A stretch of 46,742 nt of DNA, the filler included, from Sphyrna mokarran (taxonomy: Eukaryota), in the NCBI GenBank assembly GCA_024679065.1. It is 4 parts of 3 records of this genome, joined end to end, with 100 filler letters (N's around TTAATTAATTAA, not from the genome) between each part and the next. Parts side by side here need not be neighbours in the genome. Positions count along the whole stretch, not along the records: positions 27,745 to 46,742 come from JAGIQG010000077.1; 3 more parts are not named here. One strand, written 5' to 3'. Positions 44,721 through 46,742 of this stretch are shown here, piece after piece (the first letter of the stretch is position 1; each line of letters starts with the position of its first letter). The translations under genes were made by a program, and so were the position numbers. Below the pieces are notes generated by a model, which saw only the letters and a program-made list of their open reading frames with translations, was not told the origin of the DNA and did not search any database.

Positions 44721-45564
44721 AAATGAACATTTTAGATTCATGTGAGTTGTGCAGAATTTGAATTGCGGTGTTGGGTTCTCTGAAACACATCTCAGTTTAG
44801 CATGAAGATATTGGAATTAAAAAGGGATACATTACGAGAACGCGTTACACAGAGTAAACTTATTCCTTCCAGCGGATAAAATTATGAGATGGTCTAATCT
44901 CTTTGTTTAAGTTTGAAAAATAATGTGATGAGTTGATGGAGGGAAATAGTGTCCTCTGACGGGGGCGGATTGGAGGAGCTTTCCATAACATGGTGTCAGA
45001 GCTTTTCAATTACTGCCAGAGTGTTTCGGGGTGATGTCAGGGTGCACTTTCCCAGTGTGGACTGGTACTGTGGATCACTGTCTCCCAAGAAGATCTTGAT
45101 GCAACGATAAATGTCATTTTGTTGGATTATGTTACAGGGCCCCATGTTCAATTCCGACTCCGACACATGGCAAAAGATAAACACAACACAAAACATTTGG
45201 AATTAAATTCTAATGTATAATTAAAACCAGTTGTTGTAAAAAAGTCCGTGTTGACAAATCACTCATTAGTTGAAGGGTAAATAAGGATGGCCAATACATA
45301 CTGGTGAACCGGTGACGCCGCCATTCCATGAATGAACTAATTGAAGAAATAGTGAAGTTTCTCCCTGGGAAAGAAAAGGGCCTCAAGCTTCCAATGTTTG
45401 CAATATCGAAATTGCAACGGATATACATCATCACCTCAATGAAACGTCCTTTGAATTTCACTTTCATAATGAACTATTTATTTTATTCAGGAGGCCAGTA
45501 TCATTTACATCCATTGATGTATCGATTCATCAACTGATTTTGTTTATGCTTCACGCTATCTCCG

Positions 45565-45905
45565 AAAAATCGCGAGGTTATCTAAGGACCCCATTCACCC
45601 CAGACAAACTCTCTTCCACCTTCTTCCGTCAGTAAAAAAAAATATACAGAAGTCTGAGATCAGCTACCAACCAACTTAAGAACAGCGTCTTCCCTGCTGC
45701 CAACAGATTTTTGAATGAACATGCCATTATTAAGTGCTCTTTCTCTACATCTATGACTGTAACAATACATTCTGCAGCCTCTCCTATCATTCTCCCCTAT
45801 GTACTCTCTGTGAAATGTATGTTTTGTCAGCAAGAAACAATAATTTTCAGTGTATCCCAATCCATGTAACGATAATACATCAAATCAAACCAAATTAAAT
45901 CAAAC
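45565..45905 (+). mobile_element. Rex1-type 3' tail
   Basis: aagaacagcgtcttccctgctgccaacagattttt...caagaaacaataattttcagtgtatcccaat...caaatcaaa. Confidence 0.7.
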
Positions 45906-46087
45906 ATTCAGGCTTTCTTCCAATGAAGAGGAAACAGATGAAACCATCTGAACTGCGTCATATCCCGGAAACAGATCGTCGGAAGTCAATTAGACCAGAT
46001 GACCATTAGTTGTAGGAGCAAAATTTGGCCATTTGGCGCATCGCGTCTGCTCCACCATCTGGTCATGACTGATCGGTTTCTCATTCC

Positions 46088-46414
46088 TTGGAAACCCTGC
46101 AGTGCAGAAAGAGGCCACTCTGTCCATGGAGTCCGCACCGACAACAATCTCACACAGGCCCTATCCCCTATTTTACCCGCTAATCTGTCTCACCAACGCA
46201 TCCCATGACACAAAGTGACAATTTAACTTTGTCAATCCACATAGCCCGGACATCTTTGGATTGTGGTAGAAAACCGGAGCACCGGGAGGAAACCCACACA
46301 GACATGGGGAGAATGTGCAAACTCTGCACAGACAGTGACCCGAGCCAGGAATAGAACCCAGGTCCCTGGAGCTGTGAAGCAACAGTGCTAACCACTATGC
46401 TACTGTGCTGCCCA
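46088..46414 (-). mobile_element. HE1-type SINE inserted in a minus-strand CR1 remnant (46000-46742)
   Basis: Reverse-complement SINE; the CR1 tail before it (ggagcaaaatttggccatttggcgcatcgcgtctgctcc) continues after it (ggcaatgaattccacaga..caccacc). Confidence 0.75.
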
Positions 46415-46742
46415 AACTCCCGCCTTTTCCCTGTCAGATTTGATTCTCTTAACAATCAAAAACGCATCAATCTGTCAAATACACTCAGCGGCCTGGCCTC
46501 CAGAGTCATCTGCGGCAATGAATTCCACAGATACACCACCTCTGGCTGAAGACATTGTTTCTCATCTCAGATCTTAGGAAATGCCCAGTTACTCCGAGAG
46601 GTGCCCTCGAATCCTAGTCATTGCTGCTAATGGAAGAATCTTCTATATGTCCACTCGATCCAGGCGTTTTAGTATTCTGCAAATTTCAATGAGATCCTCC
46701 CCACCCTTCTAAACTCCATTGAGTACAAACCCATTGCCCTCA

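Overview
Repeat-rich vertebrate DNA, almost certainly from a shark or other elasmobranch. It carries HE1-type tRNA-derived SINEs, CR1 and Rex1 non-LTR elements, Penelope-like elements and a 70-bp minisatellite. The window is four contigs (1-10959, 11060-12535, 12636-27644, 27745-46742) joined by artificial 100-nt linkers (N44-TTAATTAATTAA-N44), so order and orientation across linkers is not established. Main biology: (i) an intact, compact, unrearranged leader-V-D-J cassette on the minus strand (20665-19336), with a NAR-type single-domain V resembling the N-terminal domain of shark NAR-TCR and Ig-heavy-style RSS (22/12-12/23). No supporting V-delta or constant exon is visible in the 6.7 kb downstream, which holds a tRNA cluster (Ile-type pseudogene, Phe, Asn, Gln). 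(ii) A non-rearranging antigen-receptor-like gene on the minus strand (33218-30823): germline-joined VJ exon, C1-set exon, uncharged TM exon and cytoplasmic exon, with a premature TGA in this copy. (iii) An orphan signal-peptide exon (7620-7671, +), a motif-dense CpG-island promoter (about 24850-25460), and hammerhead-ribozyme-like motifs in Penelope terminal repeats. Most short ORFs in the track are spurious or transposon-derived. Repeat boundaries are approximate and were read by eye.
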